From positions 1 to 41,127 of the IMG/VR virus record IMGVR_UViG_3300046385_000068: DNA of 41,127 bases; one strand, 5' to 3'. Both the position numbers and the translations under genes were made by a program. The DNA is from a virus (taxonomy: Duplodnaviria > Caudoviricetes). This document shows positions 8,975-17,245 of the stretch, piece after piece. Position 1 is the stretch's first letter, and each line of letters starts with the position of its first letter. The notes under the pieces are model-generated. The model saw only the letters and a list, made by a program, of their open reading frames with translations, did not search any database and was not told the origin of the DNA.

Positions 8975-9655
8975 TTATAACTTGTTGTACTGCAAACTGG
9001 TTTGTCCAGCGCGATAAGCATCGTTTCTTTCTAAACCATCGCCAAGACGTTTTAATTGCCCAATAGCTTCTTGGTATTTTGCTTCAATGTTAGCAATCAT
9101 ATCAGGTTCACCACGCATGTAAACATACGCTTCACGGAGAGCTCCATATAACAATACCGGATCATAGTTATCCCCCAACCAGCTAGTACCAGCGGTAACG
9201 ATTGATTCTGGGTAGAAGAAGTAATGAAGTTCTATTGCCAAATCGGCATTTGGTGTTGGGCCAAGAATAAAAGATAATTCTGTAGGATTAGCTGATCTAG
9301 GACCAAACAAAGCGTAGTACTTAGGGGTTCCAGTATTATTTGGGTTTGGGTAAGCTTGACGAATAAAGTTGACATCCTTGTTTAACAAGTAATCGTAATC
9401 CCCATTAGCATCTACCACGGCCATTGAAAACACTGAAAGAAAATCCGTAGGGCAAGCTAAGTATTTATTAGCTGTGGTTGCTGTACCCGTTACGTTTTTA
9501 CGCAATCCTGGTAACTGGACGGTATTATAAATACGGTCTTCAGCTTGTTGAACAAATGTAGCTATCTGCTGTGCGGACGTCAAAGCACCAGCCGAAGCCG
9601 GAAAATCATTTTCAGCATACGCTTGAATTCTAGCGGATAACTCTGTGTAATTCAT
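8975..9655 (-). CDS. Putative head-tail adaptor protein
   Basis: MNYTEL..I, GTPKYYA, PTP, LLYGALREA motifs of podovirus adaptors. Confidence 0.65.
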   Translation of the reverse strand: MNYTELSARIQAYAENDFPASAGALTSAQQIATFVQQAEDRIYNTVQLPGLRKNVTGTATTANKYLACPTDFLSVFSMAVVDANGDYDYLLNKDVNFIRQAYPNPNNTGTPKYYALFGPRSANPTELSFILGPTPNADLAIELHYFFYPESIVTAGTSWLGDNYDPVLLYGALREAYVYMRGEPDMIANIEAKYQEAIGQLKRLGDGLERNDAYRAGQTSLQYNKL

Positions 9656-9915
9656 TAGGCCATTGGTCCACGTGCTTTAGTGCCTTTAGTAGCCGCACCA
9701 GTACCACGAATCTTGATTTCGCCATTTTTATTAATAACGTTATTGATTTTTTTAGTATATCCACCAACAGACATATTAACTTGGTCAACTCCGTTACCCG
9801 GTTTAGTTACTGCATCTTTAGAATTCTTCATCTTTTTACCGTCCATAGTGTGTGGCTCAGCGTAAACTTTGGCACTGCCAACTTCTTTACCGCCTTTTTT
9901 CATGCTGTATGCCAT
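9655..9915 (-). CDS. Small basic protein
   Basis: MKKGG and RGTGAATKG motifs; TAATG-coupled. Confidence 0.65.
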   Translation of the reverse strand: MAYSMKKGGKEVGSAKVYAEPHTMDGKKMKNSKDAVTKPGNGVDQVNMSVGGYTKKINNVINKNGEIKIRGTGAATKGTKARGPMA

Positions 9916-9924
9916 AATTTACCC

Positions 9925-10314
9925 TTAATTAGTCGTTACCGTTACTGTACCAAGTTGTGCGGTTGCAATCAAGTTATTTGGTGTTAAGCCTGTATCAAAA
10001 AGCCTAGCACCGCCGACTGGATTCCAACCCCATTGAAAAACTCTACTGCCGCCCGATGGGTCGCCTTCTACGTCTAAACCAGATACTTGATAACTTACGT
10101 CAGGTCTAGGATTTCTAATTGCCTGCGGGTCATTAACCGGATACATGCCCAAAGATAACTGTGGCTGGTCTGGTTCCCAACATTCAGGACAAACAAGTAT
10201 ATTCACCTGCTTGGTTTTAATCGTAAGCTTTTTTAACTGCTTAAGCTTATATCGTTGAGCACACCTATCACATTCCGCAATCGCATACTTACCAGAAGCA
10301 AACCGATTAGGCAT
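9925..10314 (-). CDS. Conserved CxxC/CxxC zinc-binding phage protein
   Basis: CDRC...CPEC. Confidence 0.65.
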   Translation of the reverse strand: MPNRFASGKYAIAECDRCAQRYKLKQLKKLTIKTKQVNILVCPECWEPDQPQLSLGMYPVNDPQAIRNPRPDVSYQVSGLDVEGDPSGGSRVFQWGWNPVGGARLFDTGLTPNNLIATAQLGTVTVTTN

Positions 10315-11230
10315 AATACATAGTCCTCGGCACGAATCTAATAGGAGCTTTCTCTCTATCTTCTTCTGATGCTAACTGGAACTGTTGCTCATAATCTGTT
10401 TTTAACATCATGATACGGTCTGGCGATACTTCAGGCTTTTTCATAGCAATGTAGTAAGCTAAACCAGCTACCATGCAAGGTATAAATCTAAATGGAATAT
10501 CTTGTTCTGTAACACCACTACCAGCATCTTGCATACGACGTAATCTATAGTATACAAACACGTAACCACCGCCAGCATTAGGGGTAGGCCATACGTTGAT
10601 TGAAGGTAAATTTTGTGTAAAAACAGAAGCCCCAATTAAATGAGAAGCTGCTGCTGTATTGGCCTGACCGCGGGCACAGTTTAATAACTGGTTGCCGCTG
10701 ATGTTTGAGTAAACGATTGTTTCGTTATCAACTTTAATAAACCCAGATGTAGCTAAACCAATTGTTGAAGTTAGGGTAATAGTTGTGTCATCCGCGTCTA
10801 TAACGCCGTTTAAAGTAGTTGATGCTACCCCATTAGTCTGCCCAGATTGACGGTTAATCCATACCTGAATAGGGCGTCCCTGAGTCAACTTGTTAGGGAT
10901 AGTCATGTAGGTAGGCTCAGAAATACGACTGATGTTAATGTCGGTCTGATTAGTTGTACCGTTGTTTTGACGAATAGTCTGGTCTAGAAGATCAATTGTG
11001 TTGTTAGGTAGGGCATAGGTAGCCTGACCTGTATTCATCGTAATCTGGCCCTGTTCTACGGTCCACAAATTGATTCCACGGTTAGCCCACTCTACAGTAA
11101 GTAGGTTTAATGAACGTCTGGCCGTTTTAAAGTCGTAACCAGAACGAAGCTCAAGCCCGCATCTCTCGAATGCCTCTTCGATTAAATCGTTTAGGTCAAG
11201 ATTAAATGCGCTTGTGCTTGAAGTTGTCAT
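10307..11230 (-). CDS. Putative tail tubular / head-completion adaptor protein
   Basis: LIEEAFERCG...ARRSLNLL..EWAN, WPTP, GLAYYIA motifs. Confidence 0.65.
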   Translation of the reverse strand: MTTSSTSAFNLDLNDLIEEAFERCGLELRSGYDFKTARRSLNLLTVEWANRGINLWTVEQGQITMNTGQATYALPNNTIDLLDQTIRQNNGTTNQTDINISRISEPTYMTIPNKLTQGRPIQVWINRQSGQTNGVASTTLNGVIDADDTTITLTSTIGLATSGFIKVDNETIVYSNISGNQLLNCARGQANTAAASHLIGASVFTQNLPSINVWPTPNAGGGYVFVYYRLRRMQDAGSGVTEQDIPFRFIPCMVAGLAYYIAMKKPEVSPDRIMMLKTDYEQQFQLASEEDREKAPIRFVPRTMYYA

Positions 11231-11478
11231 TACTTAACCTTTCGGTACGGCTTTACTTTTTGTTTTACTTTTGACGGCTGTGGCACGAACTGCTGTCCCT
11301 GTGCTTTTCCGGCTCGTTTGGCTTTTGTTGTCGCTGCGTACTCTTGTGGGCTTAGCGCTTTTATCGCTTTTTCCGGCAGGTACCGCTCTCCTGTTTCGGA
11401 CGACTTTTTTCCCGACTTGGTTGTCCACTTCTGGTTGCCCCACGCTTTCAGGGACTTCTGCGACTTTGCTAGTGCCAT
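11230..11478 (-). CDS. DUF5872-like protein, C-terminal half
   Basis: SQKSLKAW..QKW...RYLPEKAIKALSP.EYAAT...QFV. Confidence 0.7.
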   Translation of the reverse strand: MALAKSQKSLKAWGNQKWTTKSGKKSSETGERYLPEKAIKALSPQEYAATTKAKRAGKAQGQQFVPQPSKVKQKVKPYRKVK

Positions 11479-11502
11479 AAATTAGCCTTTTTAACCATTC
11501 AA

Positions 11503-11778
11503 TCATTTGTATCCCCCACCAGCTGCTTTATACTTTTTAGCTACTAGTTGCGCTTTACGAGCTGACCATTGACCAGCCCCAGTACCATGCGTTGCAGCAG
11601 CTTTTACCTGAGAGACAATACGCTTACGTAGGCTAGGCTTAGTATAGTTCCCAGCAGCATTAACTTTACCACCTTCGGCATACATAGTCACATCATCCGG
11701 ATTATCTTTCCGTTTGATGGTCTTAGCTTTAGGCATTTTAGAAGGGGATATTGCCCCCATACCACGACTAGGTCTCAT
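11503..11778 (-). CDS. DUF5872-like protein, N-terminal half (start reassigned to 11778)
   Basis: NYTKPSLR...GQWSARKAQL.AKKYKAAGGGY; ATG just after upstream stop at 11780. Confidence 0.7.
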   Translation of the reverse strand: MRPSRGMGAISPSKMPKAKTIKRKDNPDDVTMYAEGGKVNAAGNYTKPSLRKRIVSQVKAAATHGTGAGQWSARKAQLVAKKYKAAGGGYK

Positions 11779-11779
11779 A

Positions 11780-12049
11780 TTAAGCTCTTGTCTTTCCACG
11801 GATTGCACATCCGTCTGCGCGTTTAGAGGCTGAAGAAACTGAACCACCTTTAGCAAATTTACCGGCCTTTTTAAGGCGCTCTTTAGCTTCTTCGTTTTGC
11901 TTGTCAGTACCCATAATGTTTTCGTAAAGACGCTTACCAGCCTTTTTAACAGGCTCAACAATATACTTTTCCGCCACTGCGCGGTCTTCAGCGTTTTCTT
12001 GTTTGGCTATGTCGTCAACAAGCTTTTGAGGGTCTTTAACGTCAGCCAT
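11780..12049 (-). CDS. Small protein with KGG/RADGC motif
   Basis: FAKGGSV...RADGCAIRGKTRA. Confidence 0.7.
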   Translation of the reverse strand: MADVKDPQKLVDDIAKQENAEDRAVAEKYIVEPVKKAGKRLYENIMGTDKQNEEAKERLKKAGKFAKGGSVSSASKRADGCAIRGKTRA

Positions 12050-12051
12050 GA

Positions 12052-12249
12052 TTACTTCTTACCCTTAGCCATACCGCCACCACACATAGCAATCATCTTA
12101 CCTTTTGTGTGACCTTTAGTCACGCAACCATCAGCACGGGTTACGCCGCCTTTAGCCATTTTGTGCACTGATTCCTCATGCGCTTTAACTTCAGCTTTTG
12201 CCACTTTTTTCATCATGGGCATGTCTTGTTTAACGTCGTCATGTTTCAT
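12052..12249 (-). CDS. Small basic protein with KGG/RADGC motif (start reassigned to 12249)
   Basis: MAKGGVTRADGCVTKGHTKG. Confidence 0.65.
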   Translation of the reverse strand: MKHDDVKQDMPMMKKVAKAEVKAHEESVHKMAKGGVTRADGCVTKGHTKGKMIAMCGGGMAKGKK

Positions 12250-12250
12250 A

Positions 12251-12415
12251 TTAGCAAGCCTTTCCGCCTTTAGCCATCTTAACAATCTTGCCTTTGGTTT
12301 TACCCTTAGACTCGATACCACCACCTTTAGCCATTTTTTTAACTGGTGCGTCTTTCTTAGCAGCAGCTTCTTTTTTCTTAGCAATCATTTCCATAAATGG
12401 ATTTGTCTTTTTCAT
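12251..12415 (-). CDS. 54-aa basic protein (not in ORF track)
   Basis: MKKTNPF...MAKGGGIESKGKTKGKIVKMAKGGKAC; AAGGA RBS upstream. Confidence 0.65.
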   Translation of the reverse strand: MKKTNPFMEMIAKKKEAAAKKDAPVKKMAKGGGIESKGKTKGKIVKMAKGGKAC

Positions 12416-12430
12416 ATTAGTTCCTTTAAA

Positions 12431-12673
12431 TTATTTTTGACCCCAATAACCGGCAATAAAACCGGCAATACCTGTTACAAAACTAACCGCTCCACCTATA
12501 GCCATCAAGGTTTTCCAGCCACCTCTAGCTTCGGAAAGGGTCTTGTTAATTTCAGATAAAGATTTTTTTACTTCTTCCATATCTTTAACAAGCTTATCCA
12601 TGTCGTCCTGTAGATGCCTAATTTCCGATGCGTGCGTGGCTAATTCTCTAGCCTGTTCCATTAACTCACTCAT
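12431..12673 (-). CDS. Coiled-coil protein with C-terminal transmembrane helix (holin/XhlA-like candidate)
   Basis: Heptad pattern followed by hydrophobic Gly-rich segment. Confidence 0.55.
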   Translation of the reverse strand: MSELMEQARELATHASEIRHLQDDMDKLVKDMEEVKKSLSEINKTLSEARGGWKTLMAIGGAVSFVTGIAGFIAGYWGQK

Positions 12674-12931
12674 TTAGCACTTCCACCTTTTTAAAGAGGC
12701 TGCCTTACGAGTTGGCTTACCGTTTTCATCTTTCATAGGACCAGGCATGCCCGACATACGCGCACAGAATGACTTCTTACGTGGACCACCTTCAGGCTGT
12801 GGGGCCTTTAGATTAGATCCTGTAGCGGCGTTATATTTAGCACGGCCTTTAGCGGTAAGACCAGCCCCTTTCGAGACTGGTAGCTTCTCACCACGACCTA
12901 CTGCGAGAGAGACGCCTTTTTTCTTAGCCAT
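12674..12931 (-). CDS. Basic conserved phage protein (DUF6321-like)
   Basis: GLTAKGR, RKKSFCARM, LKRWKC motifs. Confidence 0.65.
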   Translation of the reverse strand: MAKKKGVSLAVGRGEKLPVSKGAGLTAKGRAKYNAATGSNLKAPQPEGGPRKKSFCARMSGMPGPMKDENGKPTRKAASLKRWKC

Positions 12932-13205
12932 AGAACATCGTTACTTTAGAATTATTTAGGTTAACCACATAAAGGCTATTAGCCAAAATACCCTCGCCAG
13001 GGATAGGAATAAATGTTGCAATTTGTACCGTCGGGCTAGTTATCTGAAATAAGTAGTTGGTTAGATTGCCCTCTGGATCACGGTCCATTAGAACAATAGT
13101 TCCATTTGTCGGGCAAGTAATCAAAAGACCTTTTATTCGGATTCTTTCATTAAACTGGTCACCTTGAGCTAGAGCTACCGATTTTACGTCATATTGCATT
13201 GCCAT
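12924..13205 (-). CDS. Small putative virion protein
   Basis: DVKS, RIKGL, IPGEGIL motifs; head-module position. Confidence 0.55.
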   Translation of the reverse strand: MAMQYDVKSVALAQGDQFNERIRIKGLLITCPTNGTIVLMDRDPEGNLTNYLFQITSPTVQIATFIPIPGEGILANSLYVVNLNNSKVTMFYG

Positions 13206-13222
13206 AATTAAATCCTTTTAGT

Positions 13223-13240
13223 GAGGGGCCGAAGCCCCTC
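13223..13240 (-). other. Intergenic cUUCGg hairpin (GAGGGGC-TTCG-GCCCCTC)
   Basis: 7-bp stem with UUCG tetraloop on the minus transcript; no U-tail on that strand. Confidence 0.6.
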
Positions 13241-13248
13241 TTATTTGT

Positions 13249-13770
13249 TTAGTAAACGTTTATGGCAATTACAAGGTCTGGTGAGCCAGGACCGTACCCA
13301 GATGGGTTTCCTGTGTCAAGGAATACCCAGTTTGTTGTGCCGTTAGTATTAAATGTGGCGCTAGTCACTACAACGTAGTGTGTCTGTCCGTCTGCTGTAG
13401 TAATAACAATTGTTGAACCAGTTGTTAAGGCGTTAAATGTGGCCAATGCCGCTGGCGAAATACTTGCGGAATAATCTAACTCTAGGTTAAATCCGCCACC
13501 CCAACTAACACCGCCGCTAAAACCATTAACGCCTGCAGGCCAATCACCGTTCGCAACAGAATATGCCACTCCTGGTAATGGTGCTGGGCCAGGAGGTGCA
13601 AACGCTTCTTGCCAGCCAGAATTACCATATACTTCGTAAATATTAGTGTCTGTGTTGTAAATCAACAAGCCTGTAACAGGTGTTAAAGCATCACGCTCTG
13701 CTGTTGAAAATGAGTTCTCAATGAACCCACCGTCGGACTTTACTGGTCCGCTAAATGTGGTTTGTCCCAT
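13249..13770 (-). CDS. Putative capsid decoration / head-fibre protein
   Basis: N-terminal TTFSGPV, GLLIYNTDT motif. Confidence 0.55.
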   Translation of the reverse strand: MGQTTFSGPVKSDGGFIENSFSTAERDALTPVTGLLIYNTDTNIYEVYGNSGWQEAFAPPGPAPLPGVAYSVANGDWPAGVNGFSGGVSWGGGFNLELDYSASISPAALATFNALTTGSTIVITTADGQTHYVVVTSATFNTNGTTNWVFLDTGNPSGYGPGSPDLVIAINVY

Positions 13771-13780
13771 GATTTTATCC

Positions 13781-13948
13781 TTATACCCAAGCTAAACCGT
13801 CGTAATACGTAACAGCATTTGTTGTGCTGTTAAATACCATCAAACCAGTTTGTGGGTTAACGATTGCGTTAACTTGAGTTGTTGTTAATACGGGAAGAAT
13901 AAAGCCGTTCTGAGATACGACTGGGCCGCTGAATGTGGTTTTTGCCAT
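13781..13948 (-). CDS. Short TTFSGPV-family decoration protein (start at 13948)
   Basis: MAKTTFSGPV...TGLMVFNST; AAGGA RBS. Confidence 0.55.
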   Translation of the reverse strand: MAKTTFSGPVVSQNGFILPVLTTTQVNAIVNPQTGLMVFNSTTNAVTYYDGLAWV

Positions 13949-13956
13949 GATAAATT

Positions 13957-14033
13957 GTCCTTCATACAAAGATAAGCTTATTAGTCTTGTATGCGTCTGC
14001 CGGGGCAGTCTAATAAGCCGGATTATTCCCGGT
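13957..14033 (-). ncRNA. Candidate cis-regulatory pseudoknotted RNA leader
   Basis: 9-bp stem 13976-84/14010-18, inner hairpin 13997-14008, 7-bp pseudoknot 13963-69/13987-93 abutting RBS. Confidence 0.55.
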
Positions 14034-14048
14034 TTCAGTAATATTACT

Positions 14049-14429
14049 CTATTTTAAAGAAGTTGCAAGTTTTTTATTCTTTTTTTCTTGTCGTTCATCA
14101 TAGTGATGAATCCTATGGCAGTTTGCACAAAGCACTATACATTTTTCTATTTCTCTCATAATCTTGGGCCAACAGTGCCCGTCTTTAACTAGCTCGTTTA
14201 CTTTTTGGTCTTCATCTACGGGGGTAACGTGGTGAAAATCTAAGGTTGCAGGGCGGGATTCTCCACAAATCGTACAGCTAAGTTGTTCCTTATAGCTTAC
14301 AAACCATTCTTTATGTGCTTTTCTTCTCGCGCGCACTTTCCGTATTACTTCTTTTTTATTTTTTTCATAGTACGCTTTTGAGTACTCTGCGTGCTTTGCC
14401 TTCCTTACTTCTGGGTCTTTATACGGCAT
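14049..14429 (-). CDS. HNH endonuclease-like protein
   Basis: CxxCG...LDFHH...LCANCHRIHH. Confidence 0.8.
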   Translation of the reverse strand: MPYKDPEVRKAKHAEYSKAYYEKNKKEVIRKVRARRKAHKEWFVSYKEQLSCTICGESRPATLDFHHVTPVDEDQKVNELVKDGHCWPKIMREIEKCIVLCANCHRIHHYDERQEKKNKKLATSLK

Positions 14430-14889
14430 TACGGCTCCAAACAGTAAACTCTTTGCTATCTAAAGAATAAACTCGTATATCCCCACCTGAATACAGGTCA
14501 CTCTGCGTAGCTGCCCAACAAGCCTCTTCGGCTGTATGTCCTAAAACCATAACAGATAAAACAGCCATTGTGCCACTACCTAAAGCCTCATAAGTTGGGA
14601 CTTTTTGAAATCTTAGGTCTTTACCAGAAACGAATAATCCTTCGTTTGTCAAAAGCATGAAATCGGCATCATCGACATCTTTGATAATTGGCGCTTTACC
14701 TTTTTTACCATCTCTGAAGTAATCAACAACCGTCTGAATACTTATAAAGTCACCTGCACCTGCAAGTAGTCCTTGAGGTACTCTAAATACTTTTTCGTTT
14801 TCAAAGTTTTTTGTATCTGAGTCATCATCTGATACTTGACTATCAGTAACAATAATCTTTCTAGTCCAGTCACCAATAATAGTGCTCAT
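14419..14889 (-). CDS. Ntn-hydrolase, HslV/proteasome beta-subunit-like protease
   Basis: M-STII, DSQ, K, GAGD, GSG, D.YSGG motifs. Confidence 0.7.
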   Translation of the reverse strand: MSTIIGDWTRKIIVTDSQVSDDDSDTKNFENEKVFRVPQGLLAGAGDFISIQTVVDYFRDGKKGKAPIIKDVDDADFMLLTNEGLFVSGKDLRFQKVPTYEALGSGTMAVLSVMVLGHTAEEACWAATQSDLYSGGDIRVYSLDSKEFTVWSRNAV

Positions 14890-14897
14890 ATTCAACC

Positions 14898-15110
14898 TTA
14901 TTTGAAAATGGTAATTATTCCGGCTATATAAAAAATTACAGCAACGAGCTCAACTAAAAATAATGGAGTATCTTTCTGAGCCCAACCTGCGAAAGTCCAC
15001 AATACACTGCCTATAAGGCTAAGCACTATATTAATCGGATATATATTAAAGCTTGTTAGCCCAATACCACTTAAGCACAAAATCGTACCTAACCATTTGA
15101 TTATAAGCAT
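14898..15110 (-). CDS. Small membrane protein (about three TM helices); start probably 15110
   Basis: Hydrophobic IKWLGT...YP.NI...LW segments; longer start would run through the terminator. Confidence 0.6.
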   Translation of the reverse strand: MLIIKWLGTILCLSGIGLTSFNIYPINIVLSLIGSVLWTFAGWAQKDTPLFLVELVAVIFYIAGIITIFK

Positions 15111-15168
15111 ATATTCTTTGCAAACATGTGTCATTACCTGTTTTTTATCCATAATATATTTTACAAGT

Positions 15169-15199
15169 AAAAGAAAAACCCCACGTCTTAGGTGGGGCT
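15169..15199 (-). terminator. Rho-independent terminator after major capsid gene
   Basis: CCCCAC/GTGGGG stem followed by TTTTTCTTTT on minus strand. Confidence 0.75.
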
Positions 15200-15242
15200 C
15201 TTCAACCAAAACCAGTTTTACCCGGTAAAGGTGGAGTGGTGC

Positions 15243-16145
15243 TTAAGCGCCAGATGAACCAAACATACCTAGTGGGTCTGAATAGCCAAATGAATAACGC
15301 TCACGAGCCTTGTAACGTACGTTACCAGTGTCAAAGTCACCGTCCATGCCTGTAGACATAGGTGTACGAACAAAGTGCTTCATACCGTTAGGTACATCAG
15401 TGCACAAGAACCATGCGTTGCTATCTGTCAAGTAGTTGTTTACTGTGTAACCACCTGGGATAGAACCGTTGTTCTTAATCGCGTTGATGTCGTTATCGGC
15501 TGTGCCTACACGAAGTTCAGTTTCCAACAAGCGTGTTGCAACGAATTGCAATGCAGGTGGAACGATTAGCTTACGTGGCTTAGCAGCGATCAAAAGACCA
15601 CGCTCATCTGTCCAAGCAGCGATTTGAATAACAGCATTTTCCAATGAAGTTTCGTTCAAGTCAGCTTGAGTAGAAGGAGTGTTGCTGTTTACGCCACCAG
15701 AGATTAACGGGTGCTGTGTAGAGAACAATGCAACGCCGTCACCGCCAGTTGCTGTAAAGCCTGTATTTAACACGTTAGCAGCTTTTACTTGCTTTGTGTA
15801 GGCCATAGAGCGAGCTAATGCTCTTGTGTAGCGAGCAGACAAGCTGTCATACAAGTTATCTTCAATAGCTTCTTCAGTTAAGCTGAAGCCCATTGCAATT
15901 GTCTCGTGTGTGTAGCGAGCTGTGAAAGCTTCTTGCGCGTTGTCATATGACAAAGCAGAACCTTCGTTCTTTACTGGAGCAGCACTGAAGCCTGACAACT
16001 TAGTCTCTTCTTCGAACGAACGCTCAGAAGTTTCTGTATCGTAGATTTCTTTATGTTGCTCACCGTATGTTGCGTACTCAAGTCCGAACAATGCGTTCAA
16101 TCCTGGTAATAGCTCTTTTAAGAGTTGTGCGCGTGAAATAGCCAT
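15243..16145 (-). CDS. Major capsid protein
   Basis: MAISRAQLLKELLPGLNALFG, DGVALFS, KLIVPPAL, RERYSFG; followed by terminator. Confidence 0.9.
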   Translation of the reverse strand: MAISRAQLLKELLPGLNALFGLEYATYGEQHKEIYDTETSERSFEEETKLSGFSAAPVKNEGSALSYDNAQEAFTARYTHETIAMGFSLTEEAIEDNLYDSLSARYTRALARSMAYTKQVKAANVLNTGFTATGGDGVALFSTQHPLISGGVNSNTPSTQADLNETSLENAVIQIAAWTDERGLLIAAKPRKLIVPPALQFVATRLLETELRVGTADNDINAIKNNGSIPGGYTVNNYLTDSNAWFLCTDVPNGMKHFVRTPMSTGMDGDFDTGNVRYKARERYSFGYSDPLGMFGSSGA

Positions 16146-16156
16146 TATCTAGCTCC

Positions 16157-16768
16157 TTATGCGAATACGTTACCAGCAGAGCCGGTCAACTGTGGGTTAG
16201 TCAAAACAACCAAAACTTCGCGGAAGTTAGTTGCGTTAATAGCTGTTTCTGGAACAACTGCAATTACCTTAGCTGGCAATGTAGATGCGTTACCTGAGCC
16301 ACTTGATGGGGCCAAGATAGAGACACCTGAGTTACCAGTAGTTGCAGAACCCGCACCTTGAACAACTTGAACGTTTACGCCAATAGCGCCTAGTGTTGTT
16401 GAAGAAACGTTTGCACCATCTGTAACAACAGCTTTAAATGCCGCGTTACCGTCAACAACTACATAAGCAACTGGAGAAGAGGCTGCAGCGTTACCTGGGT
16501 AATACTGTGACTGAACTGTTTGGCCTTGAGTGTTTACGTACTGGCAACCTACAAATACACCAGCTGTTTGTGTGCTAACGTTTGATGCGTCGTTTGTTAC
16601 TGTTGATTTAACAATTTGCCCATCGGTAATAAGAACTAGATCGCCGTTGTAGATAGCAGCATTGCTAGAAGCGACTACGTATTGTGTAGTAGCGCCAGCG
16701 TATGGCATGCCGTCTTGACGGTTAACTGGTTTAAAACCATATGGAGCGCTTACTGTTGGATAAGCCAT
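16157..16768 (-). CDS. Putative capsid cement / minor head protein
   Basis: APYGFKPV, GVFVGCQY motifs; directly upstream of capsid gene. Confidence 0.6.
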   Translation of the reverse strand: MAYPTVSAPYGFKPVNRQDGMPYAGATTQYVVASSNAAIYNGDLVLITDGQIVKSTVTNDASNVSTQTAGVFVGCQYVNTQGQTVQSQYYPGNAAASSPVAYVVVDGNAAFKAVVTDGANVSSTTLGAIGVNVQVVQGAGSATTGNSGVSILAPSSGSGNASTLPAKVIAVVPETAINATNFREVLVVLTNPQLTGSAGNVFA

Positions 16769-16795
16769 TTAAATACTCCTAATAATTAATAAAAT

Positions 16796-17245
16796 TTACT
16801 TGCCTTTACCAAACGATACGCTTGACTTCTTGTCGTTAAACAATGGCATGCGTGGGTCGTTGGCTCTCATCAAATTATTATCTACAGCCGTCGTTTGGTC
16901 ATTCGTTATCTTTTGGAAGTGTGCGTTCCGCTGGTTAACGAGTTCAATTGGCGTCTTGCAAAGTAATAACCCACCGACTTCAATGTTGTCTTTAAAACGA
17001 CTATTTGGGTCGATTAGCAGTTGTAATGCGGGTTGTTCCTCAGCTCTCACGGGTTCCCAGCCTTCTCGTAATTTCGCAGAGAGGTTACGCGGGTCAGCGT
17101 TGTTAAGCATTGAAACACGGATCCAGCGGTAAGCAAAACCGTCTTGTTTGTCTGGTTCAGGCAAAAGTTCTGCTGGCGCCCACTGCTTTGGACGTTCAGC
17201 TGTTACACGAGTTTCTGTACTACGTGGTTTACGATTTTGTTCCAT
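16796..17245 (-). CDS. Conserved head-module protein
   Basis: YRWIR, EGWEPV, VGGLLLCK motifs. Confidence 0.65.
   Translation of the reverse strand: MEQNRKPRSTETRVTAERPKQWAPAELLPEPDKQDGFAYRWIRVSMLNNADPRNLSAKLREGWEPVRAEEQPALQLLIDPNSRFKDNIEVGGLLLCKTPIELVNQRNAHFQKITNDQTTAVDNNLMRANDPRMPLFNDKKSSVSFGKGK

Noticed and set aside
11779-12384. ORF-track starts at 11961 and 12384
   Set aside because: The extensions overlap other credible genes; internal ATGs at 11778 and 12249 directly follow upstream stops.
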